A DNA stretch of 64,000 nt from Longimicrobiales bacterium (GTDB lineage Bacteria > Gemmatimonadota > Gemmatimonadetes > Longimicrobiales > Gaopeijiaceae), in NCBI GenBank assembly GCA_965248195.1, contig CBDFIQ010000002.1, positions 1,504,001-1,568,000 on the forward strand, in the 5' to 3' direction. The position numbers and the translations under genes are program-made. The notes beneath the pieces were generated by a model, which made no database searches, was not told where the DNA came from, and saw nothing but the letters and a program-made list of their open reading frames with translations. Shown piece by piece: positions 10,370 to 19,002 of the stretch. The stretch's first letter is position 1, and each line of letters begins with the position of its first letter.

Positions 10370-10421
10370 ACTTACGGGCATACCGGACCGGATTCCCGCT
10401 GTTTGACTCCCGCCGATTGGA

Positions 10422-11585
10422 TCAGGCGCGAACCTTGTGGCGGCTCTCCAGAGCCTTCCTGAGTTGTACCTCGTCGGCCTGCTGGTAGCACCGGAGCACG
10501 GTCTGGGCCTCCTTCCAGCCGCCGAGTTCGCAGAGCACCTTGAGCGGCAGGTCCATGAGATCGCAAGCAAACTTCCGCCTGAGCGAGTGCCAGCCTCTTC
10601 CTCGCATGCGCTTCAGCCCCGCGAGCCGCTCGGCCCTGTTCCACCAGACATAGGCCCGCACGCGGCTGAAGCTCGTCGAGGGATCCCAAGGCGCGGGCAG
10701 GACCGGCGCGTCCCCGTTCCCAGGGTTGATTTGCCGTGCCTCTTCCAACACGGCGAGCGCCTCGGCGGTGACCGGCGTTCGGTGTTCGTAGCCCGACTTC
10801 TCGTGCTCCGCGCGCCACCGCACCACTCCGCATTCAAGGTCGATGTCCGACCACCGGAGCTGGCGGATAGCACCGATTCGGTGACCCGTCTCGTGCGCGA
10901 CCACCAGCGCGACACGAAACCGCCAGTCGACCGGGCGGGACACCTCGAGAAGCGCCTGGTATTCCTCCTCAGAAAGGACGACCCGTGTCGGGTTCTTCTC
11001 CGTGGGCGTCTTCAGGCCCTTGAGCGGGTTCGAGTCAAGCAACAGGCGGCCATGCTCGTCCCTCGACTTCGCCGCCCAGTTGAAGACGGCGATCAGGAAC
11101 TTCAGGTCGTATTCGATCGTCCGGTCGGACACCGGGCTTCCGCTCGCGCCGACCCTGCCTGCCCGGCGCTCCCGGATGAACCGGTCCCAGTCGCGCTGGG
11201 AGAGCGTTGCGGGCTTCCGGTCCCTGCCGAAGCACCCGAGGAACATCCTCGTCGCGGCCCTGTCGTGCCGCCGAGCCTGTTCACACTTGGTGGGCGTCAC
11301 TTCTTCACCGTAGATGTCAAAAAGCGTCTCCAGGGTGAGCGGCTCGGGCTCGGCTTCGGCCTTGCCATGCATCTCCGGCCCGAGGTAGCCAGCGGCGAAC
11401 TCGTCCGCCTGCCGCTTCGCCCGTCTCCAGTCGCGGTGCTTCAGCGACCTTGTGAGCCTGCGCCCGTTGTCGCGCCACTCGATCTGGAACAGGCCGGTCT
11501 TGGGATCGGGAAAGACCCGTACCCGGTTCCGGCCCCATTCGCCAGCGCCGTAGCTGCGCCGGATAGGTTTCGTGCGTGCCATCAT
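10422..11585 (-). CDS. int: Tyrosine recombinase/integrase
   Basis: ETGHR (R), WHSLRR (HxxR), LGGW, C-terminal Y; N-terminal arm-binding-like domain. Confidence 0.92.
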   Translation of the reverse strand: MMARTKPIRRSYGAGEWGRNRVRVFPDPKTGLFQIEWRDNGRRLTRSLKHRDWRRAKRQADEFAAGYLGPEMHGKAEAEPEPLTLETLFDIYGEEVTPTKCEQARRHDRAATRMFLGCFGRDRKPATLSQRDWDRFIRERRAGRVGASGSPVSDRTIEYDLKFLIAVFNWAAKSRDEHGRLLLDSNPLKGLKTPTEKNPTRVVLSEEEYQALLEVSRPVDWRFRVALVVAHETGHRIGAIRQLRWSDIDLECGVVRWRAEHEKSGYEHRTPVTAEALAVLEEARQINPGNGDAPVLPAPWDPSTSFSRVRAYVWWNRAERLAGLKRMRGRGWHSLRRKFACDLMDLPLKVLCELGGWKEAQTVLRCYQQADEVQLRKALESRHKVRA

Positions 11586-12022
11586 TCGATTCCTCTCTCG
11601 ATGATGGACTGCACGATCTGCGCGTTTGAAACTTGGCGCGGACGAAGCTCGTTGACCAGTGGCGGCTCGGCTGGTGCCTTCCGTGGCAGGTGGCTGCGGG
11701 CGATCCTGGGCGCGCCGGGCCTTCCGGCGTTGGGGATCCTGCCGTCGCGCACGAGGCGGCCGAGATGGTCAGCGGAGTAGCCGCTCTCCCTGGCGGCCTC
11801 CGTCAGCGAGAGGGTGGTCTCGTCCCTCTCCCTGAGCGTGGCCTCGAGCTCGGCCGCGCAGCTTTCGAGCGCGACGGCCGGCGTCTCGCCCCCGTACCGG
11901 CGGAGCGCCTTGGCCTGCGTCCGCCAGGTGGCTGGCAGGGTCTCGACGGACGCGCCGCGAGGTGTGCGCGCACGGTTGGGTCGATCCCGTCGGCCCGCCG
12001 CCCGCCCGGTCTCCGCTTTCAT
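11582..12022 (-). CDS. Excisionase-like HTH protein
   Basis: C-terminal part of the listed 631-aa ORF from ATG 12022; LSLTEAARESGYSADHLGRLVRDGRI HTH; 4-bp overlaps with both neighbours. Confidence 0.7.
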   Translation of the reverse strand: MKAETGRAAGRRDRPNRARTPRGASVETLPATWRTQAKALRRYGGETPAVALESCAAELEATLRERDETTLSLTEAARESGYSADHLGRLVRDGRIPNAGRPGAPRIARSHLPRKAPAEPPLVNELRPRQVSNAQIVQSIIERGIE

Positions 12023-12333
12023 TCCCAGTCGCCCTCGGCGTCTCTGCGGAGCGCGTCGGTGAGGGCCGGGTCCCCCTCGCCGCGCCGAACGGAGCGTTCG
12101 GCGAGATCGACGCGCCGGCCGAGGTCGGCGAGCCCGGCGGCGCGTGCGACGGCGTAGATGGCGGCCGCAACGGCTGCGAGTGCGAGCGCCAGGTGGAGGG
12201 CGAGCAAGACGCCGTGTTCGGCGAGGAGGAGCGGCCAATACGGCGCGAGGTATTCGAGGCGCGGCCCGGCGAGCAGCACGGCAGACCCCGCGATGGCGGC
12301 GGTGAGGCCGGCGCTGATCTTCCAGGGTTGCAT
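12019..12333 (-). CDS. Small membrane protein of the element
   Basis: 2-3 hydrophobic helices, GGGAGAA RBS, coupled to the xis-like gene. Confidence 0.6.
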   Translation of the reverse strand: MQPWKISAGLTAAIAGSAVLLAGPRLEYLAPYWPLLLAEHGVLLALHLALALAAVAAAIYAVARAAGLADLGRRVDLAERSVRRGEGDPALTDALRRDAEGDWE

Positions 12334-12351
12334 GGCGGGCTTCTCCCGTAG

Positions 12352-13254
12352 TCAGAGTTCGACTGCGGCCGGATCGCGGTGGGCGGGTCCCCGCAGCGAG
12401 GAGCGGTCGCCGCCGCCGCCAAGGCCGAGCGTGCGCAGCAGCCGCGCCGCGGCCGGTCCGTTGGCGTGGAGCGCGAACCCGGCCGCCGCTTTCGCCTTGA
12501 TGGCCCCTTCGCGGTAGTTGCCGGACGCGACCTCGATGTTGACGCGTCCAGTGCGGCCGTCGGCGTCGGTGTACTCGATCTGGGCGTCCGGGTAGAGCAC
12601 GTGCCCTTCGTCGTCGAGGGGGAGTCCGAGTTCGCCGGCGGTGCGGTGCCGTTCGGCATCGGCGGCCCGCTTGCCGTCCTTCAGCCGCGCCGCCTCGCTC
12701 CCGCGCGCGACGGCGCTCTTGAGTTCGGTGTCGAGCCGGATGCGCCGCACGGTGGCGCCCTGTTCGAGCAGGCGCTGTTTCTCCTTCATGCAGGCGCGGT
12801 AGACGGCGGTGTCGTGCGCGGCTTCGGCAGGCCGGGTGCGTGCGAACCGGATTTCCTGGCTGGGATCCATCCCCCGTTCGGCGGCCCGCTTCCGGGCCTC
12901 GGCCACGCCGCTGCGGGTGAGCGTCAGGACCTTGAACGGGTTGCCCCCGGGTCCGGTGGCCGTGGTCTCGGTGACGAGCCCGTCGCGTACCCAGGCGTTC
13001 ACGGCCCGCCGGGTGGTGTAGGGATGGCCGCCGAAGCGGGCCTCGGCGAGGTCGCGGTACGAGACGGCGCCGTAGACGCCGATGTCGGCGAGCCCGCGCG
13101 CGCACCGTTCGGGGAAGGAGGTGGACCCGCGGTCCCGGCTCGCGGCGTATTCTCGGCGGTGGCCGTCCCGCATGCGGTAGCGATTGCGGCTTTGTGGCGC
13201 GGCGGTCCGCGGGTCCGGTTCGACCGTGCGGTCGAACATCTCCTGGCTCCTCAC
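12352..13254 (-). CDS. Replic_Relax / MOB_C-like relaxase (wHTH + PD-(D/E)xK fold)
   Basis: AAHDTAVY, YPDAQIEY..NIEV..GNY motifs; conjugation gene context. Confidence 0.62.
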   Translation of the reverse strand: MRSQEMFDRTVEPDPRTAAPQSRNRYRMRDGHRREYAASRDRGSTSFPERCARGLADIGVYGAVSYRDLAEARFGGHPYTTRRAVNAWVRDGLVTETTATGPGGNPFKVLTLTRSGVAEARKRAAERGMDPSQEIRFARTRPAEAAHDTAVYRACMKEKQRLLEQGATVRRIRLDTELKSAVARGSEAARLKDGKRAADAERHRTAGELGLPLDDEGHVLYPDAQIEYTDADGRTGRVNIEVASGNYREGAIKAKAAAGFALHANGPAAARLLRTLGLGGGGDRSSLRGPAHRDPAAVEL

Positions 13255-13260
13255 CGACCG

Positions 13261-14289
13261 TCAGCGGCGCGGCCCGAAGGTCCGCTCCGGCACGGGGAGC
13301 GGCGGCACGGGATGGACGATCCGCCCCGGCGCGGGCGCGCGGGTCGCGGCCACGGCCGCGGGTTCGCGCACGGCCTCGCGCTCGCGGTGCCGCGAGAGCA
13401 CGAAGTCGGAGATCTTCTGCGCGTCGGCGGCGGCGCGGCGGATCTCGCGCGGATCCTCCTCGAGCGCGGCGACCCACCCCTCGACGTACGCGGCGCCCCG
13501 GCTCGGGTCATGGCCGACGCCCACGCGCTCGCCTGTCATCATGGCGCTGATTTCGGCGCGGAGCTCCTCCTTCGCATAGGCCGGTGAGGCGAACCCGTCG
13601 CCGATCCCTTCGATCAGTGTTGGGCGGTTCATCCGCTCCGGGTGGCCGGTGCTGTGCCCCAGCTCGTGGAGCGCGGTCTGGTAGTAGTGGTTCGCGGAGG
13701 GGAACTGTCCACGCTCGGGCAGCACGATCTCGTCGCGGTTCAGGTTGTAGAACGCCCGGTCGCCCGCCACGTGACGGACGGGGACCCCGCTGTCCACGAG
13801 GACGCGTTCGGCCTGCTGGTGCACCTTCCAGAGCGGCTCGGCCGTGGGTGTGGGCCGGGCCGGGAGCCCGTCGGCCTGCTCGGCGTTGAACACGGTGTAC
13901 TGGCGGACGAAGGGCGCCTGGAGGCGCTCGTGGCGGTAAACGCGCTTGCCTTCGTTGTCCCTCTTGGGCCGTCCGCGCTCGTCGTTGACGGCGATCTTCC
14001 GGTGGTCCTGGAACGAGAGGATGCGAGTGCCCTGCTCGCCCTTGCGCACCTGTCCGCCTTGGGCCTGGATCTGGCGGTAGGTGCCCCAGCGCACGTCGCC
14101 GTAGCCACGCTCCTGCTGCACGGCGGCGAGATGCAGGCTGTTCCCGCCCCTGTAGGAGCGGCCCCTATCGACGTTGGAGGGGAGCACGCGCTCGCCCGGC
14201 CCCCAGGGCTTCTGCCACGGCGCGGTGCCCTGGCGGATCTGCTCGATGATCCCCTCGGCGAACTGGCGGTGGTATTCGTCGTGTTTCAT
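13261..14289 (-). CDS. ardC: ArdC-family ssDNA-binding anti-restriction protein with zincin-like domain
   Basis: PWQKPW, YRGGN, WGTYRQ, VFNAEQ; HELGHSTGH and YAKEELRAEI. Confidence 0.88.
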   Translation of the reverse strand: MKHDEYHRQFAEGIIEQIRQGTAPWQKPWGPGERVLPSNVDRGRSYRGGNSLHLAAVQQERGYGDVRWGTYRQIQAQGGQVRKGEQGTRILSFQDHRKIAVNDERGRPKRDNEGKRVYRHERLQAPFVRQYTVFNAEQADGLPARPTPTAEPLWKVHQQAERVLVDSGVPVRHVAGDRAFYNLNRDEIVLPERGQFPSANHYYQTALHELGHSTGHPERMNRPTLIEGIGDGFASPAYAKEELRAEISAMMTGERVGVGHDPSRGAAYVEGWVAALEEDPREIRRAAADAQKISDFVLSRHREREAVREPAAVAATRAPAPGRIVHPVPPLPVPERTFGPRR

Positions 14290-14486
14290 AGCTCTTCCTC
14301 CTCGGGGCCGTGCGGATCCTCTCCGGCGTCGCGGATCTCGTCCTCGCTGCCCACGTCCTCGGAGAAGAGGCCGTACTCTTCGGCCAGCGAGGCCGGCACC
14401 TCGAGGGCCTCGCCTCCGTCGCGCGCGAGTTCGCGGTCGAAGTCATCGAGCGTCTCGACGCGAACGATGTTCTCGTCGCCTTTCAT
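14286..14486 (-). CDS. Small highly acidic protein
   Basis: 66 aa, very D/E-rich, AAGGAGGT RBS, ATGA overlaps on both sides. Confidence 0.6.
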   Translation of the reverse strand: MKGDENIVRVETLDDFDRELARDGGEALEVPASLAEEYGLFSEDVGSEDEIRDAGEDPHGPEEEEL

Positions 14487-15299
14487 GGGTTCACCTCCTT
14501 GGTGTGTGGGTGCTGTTCTTGCGGGGCTTCGTCAGACCCGCTCCAGATCGGTTCGGCGATCCAGCGGCCCTTGGCCGCGTCGTAGCCGCGCACTTCGAGC
14601 GCCTCCTCGACGAACCGCCTGCCCCGTTGCCGGGTCGTGTGCAGCACAAGTGCGATCCCGTCCACGACGCCCCGGCAGGTGACCTCCCAGGGAAGCGCGC
14701 CTTCGGCCTGCATGGCGCAGCTCGCCAGGCGCGAGAGCGCGGAGCGGGCGTTGTTCGCGTGGATGGTGGTCAGCGAGCCGCCGTGGCCGGTGTTGAGCGC
14801 CTGGAGCAGATCGGCGGCCTCGCCGCCCCTGACCTCGCCGACGACGATGTGGTCGGGCCGGTGGCGCAGCGCGTGCCGCACCAGGTCGCGGATCGAGACG
14901 GAGGTCTCGGTGCCGACAGCTCCGGCCTCGAAGCGGAGGCAGTTGGCGCGGTCGATCCTGAGTTCGAGCGTGTCCTCGATGGCGACGATCCGCTCGTCTT
15001 CTGGCAGCAACTCGATCAGCGCGTTGAGGAGCGTCGTCTTGCCCGAGCCCGTGCCTCCGGAGACCAGGATGTTCCTGCGGGCCAAGAGGGCCGACCGGCC
15101 GGGCGATGTGGATCGCGGCGCGGTGGAGCCAGGCGGCGGTGAGTCCCGGCGCCTCGTGGGGCTCGAGCCGGCCGCCTCGCTCGATCCAGACGTTGCCGGG
15201 TCCGTTGATCATGATCTCGGAGACCTCCGGGTCCTCGAGGAGCGTCTCCAGGCCCGGAAGGAACGGCTTCAGGTGGCCGATCCCGCTTGCGCGCTTCAT
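14483..15299 (-). pseudogene. VirB11/CpaF/TrbB-type secretion ATPase with internal deletion and frameshift
   Basis: N-part MKRAS..DPEVSEIMING (ATG 15299) and C-part GGTGSGKTT, IEDTLEL, RPDHIVVGEVRG, TGHGGSLTTIHA lie in different frames joined near 15090. Confidence 0.85.
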
Positions 15300-17332
15300 A
15301 TCCGTCCCTCCTCGCGGAGCCGCCAGTAGCCCACGTCCCTCGGCAGGTAGTGGGGTTTCAGGTAGACGCGCCGGGCAGGGAGCGACTTCGTGCCGTCGTA
15401 GGGCAGACAGATCGCCTGGTAGTTGGCCAACAGCGCGAACTCGCGCGGCGTGAACACGGGCTCCCTCTGCTGCCGGAACGACTTGCTCGCGCCGATCGTG
15501 CCGCGGCCCCCTCCGGCTCGCCCGGACAAGAGCGAGAACTCGGGCCTGCCCGTGGTCTCGGTGAACGTGTAGGAGGGCTGCGTCTTCATGACGCTGCCGC
15601 ACATCTCGGACGCGATCCGGGCCGACGACTCGTCGGACAGCGAGAGGAAGATCCGGGTGCGGAGCGTCTGGAGGAGCGTGCGCCAGGCCTCGCCTCCGGG
15701 GAGCACGGAGCGGAGCGAGGAGATCGACTGCGTGGCGACGATCGGGACGCAGCGGCACTGCCGGGTGAGCGCGAACGCCTTCTCGTCGCCCGAGGGATCG
15801 TCCTGGCCGACGGTCGCGAACGCCTGGTACTCGTCGCAGATGAACACGGCGGGTCGGAGGTAGCGTCCGGGCCGGCGGGCGGCCTCGGCGGGCCGCCGCA
15901 GCAGCGCCTGCATCCAGGCGTTCTTCAAGAGGACGCCGATGGCGCGGGCGAGCGCGGGGTTCGCGCCCGCGGGCATGTTGAGCGCCAGGACCTTGCCGCC
16001 CTCGATCAGCTCGCTGAGCGGCGGCAGCCGGCGCCGGAGGCCCGGCACGGGCCGGACGGCCTCGGCGTCCTCGTCCGGTGCATCGTCACCTATATATATA
16101 GACTCATCCGGCTCGGGAGGCGGCGGGCAGAACACGCCGGCGACCTGCGGCTGGTCGAAGAGCGAGAGGAACACGCTGATGCCCTCGACGATCGACGTGC
16201 GGAGCTTGGCGTCGAGCGCCGTCCAGTCATGCAGATACCACCGCTCGATGGCCTCGACCTGCTCACGGAACTCGCTCCCCGCGCCGCCCCCGCTCTCCTC
16301 CGTCGCGTATGCGACCTTGAGTTCCTTGAGCCGGTCCCGGAGTGCGGGGTCGAGCCGGCAAGCCGCCTTGTCCGAGCCGGGCACCGGCTCCCAGCCCCAT
16401 TCCCCGAGGGGTTCCTTGTGAGCGGCGAGATCCTTGGTCGCGATGACGGCCCGCACCGGGCAGAGCCGGTCGGCCAGCTCGCGGGCCTCGCCGATCTTCC
16501 GGCCGAACAGTTCCGCATCCACCGTGCAGCGGTAGATGTCCTGCAGCGTGACCCAGCCCCCCGGCAAGAGCCGGTGCAGTTCGATGATCCAGCGCACGAG
16601 ATTCGTATAGGCTTGCTGCCAGAACGGTTCTCGGCTCTTGCCGAAGAGCTGGTTGATGAGGGAGGCGACGCCGTAGGCGAGCGAGTAGGAGTCGAGCAGC
16701 GGATCGTCGAGCGGGTTCCACTGCAACGAGCCGTCGAGCCCGATCTCGAGGTAGTCGCCGCCGCGCCCGGCGGCGTCGAGGATCCCCCGCACGCTGTAGC
16801 AGAAGTCGCCCTTGACCTCGAGCACAAGGGCGCTGGCCCGGCGCCCGGCCCGGTCGGCTTGCCACGAGAGGAGCTGCTGGGCGAACGGGTACATGCAGGC
16901 GGTGGTCTTGCCGGTGCCGACGGCGCCGACGACGAGGACGCCGGTGTAGAGCCCCGTCTCGGGAACGACGAGCCAGGAGGGCCGCTCGCTCTCGCACGGG
17001 ACGACGGGATGGTGGAGCTCGCCGATCACGAGCGAGGGCGCGGCATCGTTCGGCGAGGTGGGCCAGGCGGGCAGGCTGCCCCGGCCGCGGCGTCTTGCAC
17101 GCGGCTGAAGCCACACCCTCCAGACCGAGAGGCACACGCTCCCGGCGAGGACGACGACGACGGCCGGGGCCGCGTAGTACCAGACGCGGATCACCGTGTG
17201 AAGGCCCGGATCGTGGTAGGCGATCAGGTCCAGAACCGGGTTGCCGCCCATGCCGGGGAACGGTGCCCAGAACGCGTGGCCGGCGGCCGCTCCCAGAGCG
17301 GTGCCGATGATGGCGAGCGTAGCCGGCCTCAT
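15296..17332 (-). CDS. Type IV secretion coupling protein (TraD/VirD4/TraM-binding domain)
   Basis: N-terminal TM helices, Walker A GAVGTGKT, LEVKGD, Walker B FICDEYQ, VATQS. Confidence 0.88.
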   Translation of the reverse strand: MRPATLAIIGTALGAAAGHAFWAPFPGMGGNPVLDLIAYHDPGLHTVIRVWYYAAPAVVVVLAGSVCLSVWRVWLQPRARRRGRGSLPAWPTSPNDAAPSLVIGELHHPVVPCESERPSWLVVPETGLYTGVLVVGAVGTGKTTACMYPFAQQLLSWQADRAGRRASALVLEVKGDFCYSVRGILDAAGRGGDYLEIGLDGSLQWNPLDDPLLDSYSLAYGVASLINQLFGKSREPFWQQAYTNLVRWIIELHRLLPGGWVTLQDIYRCTVDAELFGRKIGEARELADRLCPVRAVIATKDLAAHKEPLGEWGWEPVPGSDKAACRLDPALRDRLKELKVAYATEESGGGAGSEFREQVEAIERWYLHDWTALDAKLRTSIVEGISVFLSLFDQPQVAGVFCPPPPEPDESIYIGDDAPDEDAEAVRPVPGLRRRLPPLSELIEGGKVLALNMPAGANPALARAIGVLLKNAWMQALLRRPAEAARRPGRYLRPAVFICDEYQAFATVGQDDPSGDEKAFALTRQCRCVPIVATQSISSLRSVLPGGEAWRTLLQTLRTRIFLSLSDESSARIASEMCGSVMKTQPSYTFTETTGRPEFSLLSGRAGGGRGTIGASKSFRQQREPVFTPREFALLANYQAICLPYDGTKSLPARRVYLKPHYLPRDVGYWRLREEGRI

Positions 17333-17627
17333 CGGTCCAACACCCTTCCTGGAAGGATCGATGGCTCGGGAGCGACCCCAGGAGGGCGGGGGCAGGTGCG
17401 CAAACACACCTGGCCCCGAACCCGTACCAGGCCCTCGGACTGGGGGGTCGCTCCCACCACGGACGGTGCCGCCCGTACAGCGCTGGCCGGCCTGTCCGCG
17501 GAAGCGCAAGACGCTGCGGCGCCAGCGGATAGGCGGGAAGCTCCGTGTGAATCGCCGGGGCGCCGAAGTGTGAATCGTACCCCCGCGTCGTTTGCGCACT
17601 CCAGTGCGGCCGTAAGTCGCGCGCCGC

Positions 17628-18602
17628 TCATCGGTAGCGAGCCCCGGCGAGGCGTGCGGTCCGCCATGTGCTGCCGCGGCGGATTGAGGCGCGGGCGGCC
17701 TGCCGTCGGGCCTGTTTCTCCAGCGCCACGCTGCGCTTCATGGCGGCCTGGAGACCGCCGTACTCCTCCAGGATCGGGACCGCGCCCGCGAGAATGGCCT
17801 CCTCGATCCGGGCGAGCTCCTTGCGAACCTGGGGGTCGAGTTCGGCTGGACCGGAGGGCTCGGCCCAGTGCCGCATGACTCGCCGTGCCCGCTCAAGCTC
17901 TCTCGAGGTGCGACCGACCGCGACAACCTCGACGGATCGGCCTCGTCTCCCAAGCGCGTGCCAGAGCCCGCGGTGCGCCGCACCCCAGGAGTGAAGCGCG
18001 GTCGCGGTCGCGTGGCCGGGATCGGCGTAGACGAAGACGGCGCTCTCGGCCTCCAGCGCGACCGGCAGCTTTACCGGAAAGTAGCGCCGAGTCGCACCGG
18101 CGGCACCCCGGTAAACCCGGACGGGCAGCAGCCCGTGTTCGATGCCGAGGGCCTCGAACGCGGCGACTTTCTCGGATTCGGTGGCCAGCTAAGGCAAGCC
18201 GGGATGCTCGATCACGTAGTCGAGCGAGAGCAGGCGCCGCATGAGTACGGCGGGCGAGGCGTCGCGGCGGTGGCGGATGTGCTCGGCTCCGATGGCCCGG
18301 TAGATCCGCCGGGAGAAGATGCGGCACACGCGGCCGATCCCCCGGATGCCGGGCACGGTGTCCTCGGCGGCCAGGCCCTGCGCGATCAGCGCGTGGACGA
18401 CGCGCCGCACCTGTTCGGGGTGCGCTTCAAGGAACCGCGCGCACTGGGCGTGGGTGAACGCGCCGCTGTGGAGGCAGACGAACGCGATCCACCCGGCCTT
18501 TTCTCCCGTCCAGCCGAATGGCGCGAGCGCCTCTTCGCTTCCCTGGAGGTGAACGATCGCATCGCTCACCGCCGAGTTGAACTGCTGCTTCCGCGTCTCC
18601 AT
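17628..18602 (-). pseudogene. Hypothetical element gene interrupted by one in-frame TAG (18189-18191)
   Basis: Reading through the stop in HPGLP*LATESEKV joins ORFs 18189..18602 and 17628..17876 into one 325-codon frame. Confidence 0.75.
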
Positions 18603-19002
18603 GCCCCTAACGGTGAAGAGCCGTTTGCAAGAAAGTCAACATTGGGAAATCTCCCAATTGCTTGTAGCGGCTAGAGATAGCCAGTACGGTACGCGGGCTG
18701 TTGGACACCGCCGCCAGCGCCAGCGCCACCGCCCCCACATGGCTCGCTGGAAGCTTGGTCACGGGACGTAGCGCGACCGGGAGGCCGGTCTGGGCAAAGC
18801 GTCGCGCCCGGCGGAACCCGAGCGCGGCGGGGACGCACTTGTGCCAGGGGAATCTTTAGAAGAACTACCGCAGCTCCGTTTGCCCGACCTCCTTGCTGAG
18901 GCGACATCGGCGCCTTCGCCTAACGGATCGAGTGGATGATACGTCTCAGGGGGTAGCAGGCACGTCAAACGTGCTCAACACGGAGGGCGGTAGCGGTGTC
19001 TC

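Larger units (their letters stand above)
10335..18700 (-). mobile_element. Degenerate integrative conjugative/mobilizable element (boundaries approximate)
   Basis: Co-oriented, largely translationally coupled int-xis-relaxase-ardC-ATPase-T4CP cluster; truncated gene at the left edge, possible one at the right; no att direct repeat found. Confidence 0.8.

Noticed and set aside
10330..10421. tRNA fragment as attachment site
   Set aside because: No T-loop or CCA-like sequence at either element edge
11582..13477. 631-aa Arg-rich ORF as one gene
   Set aside because: Alternative frame over the relaxase and membrane genes; only the last 146 codons look real
15287..17878. 863-aa plus-strand ORF
   Set aside because: Antisense shadow of the coupling-protein gene in high-GC DNA; no motifs
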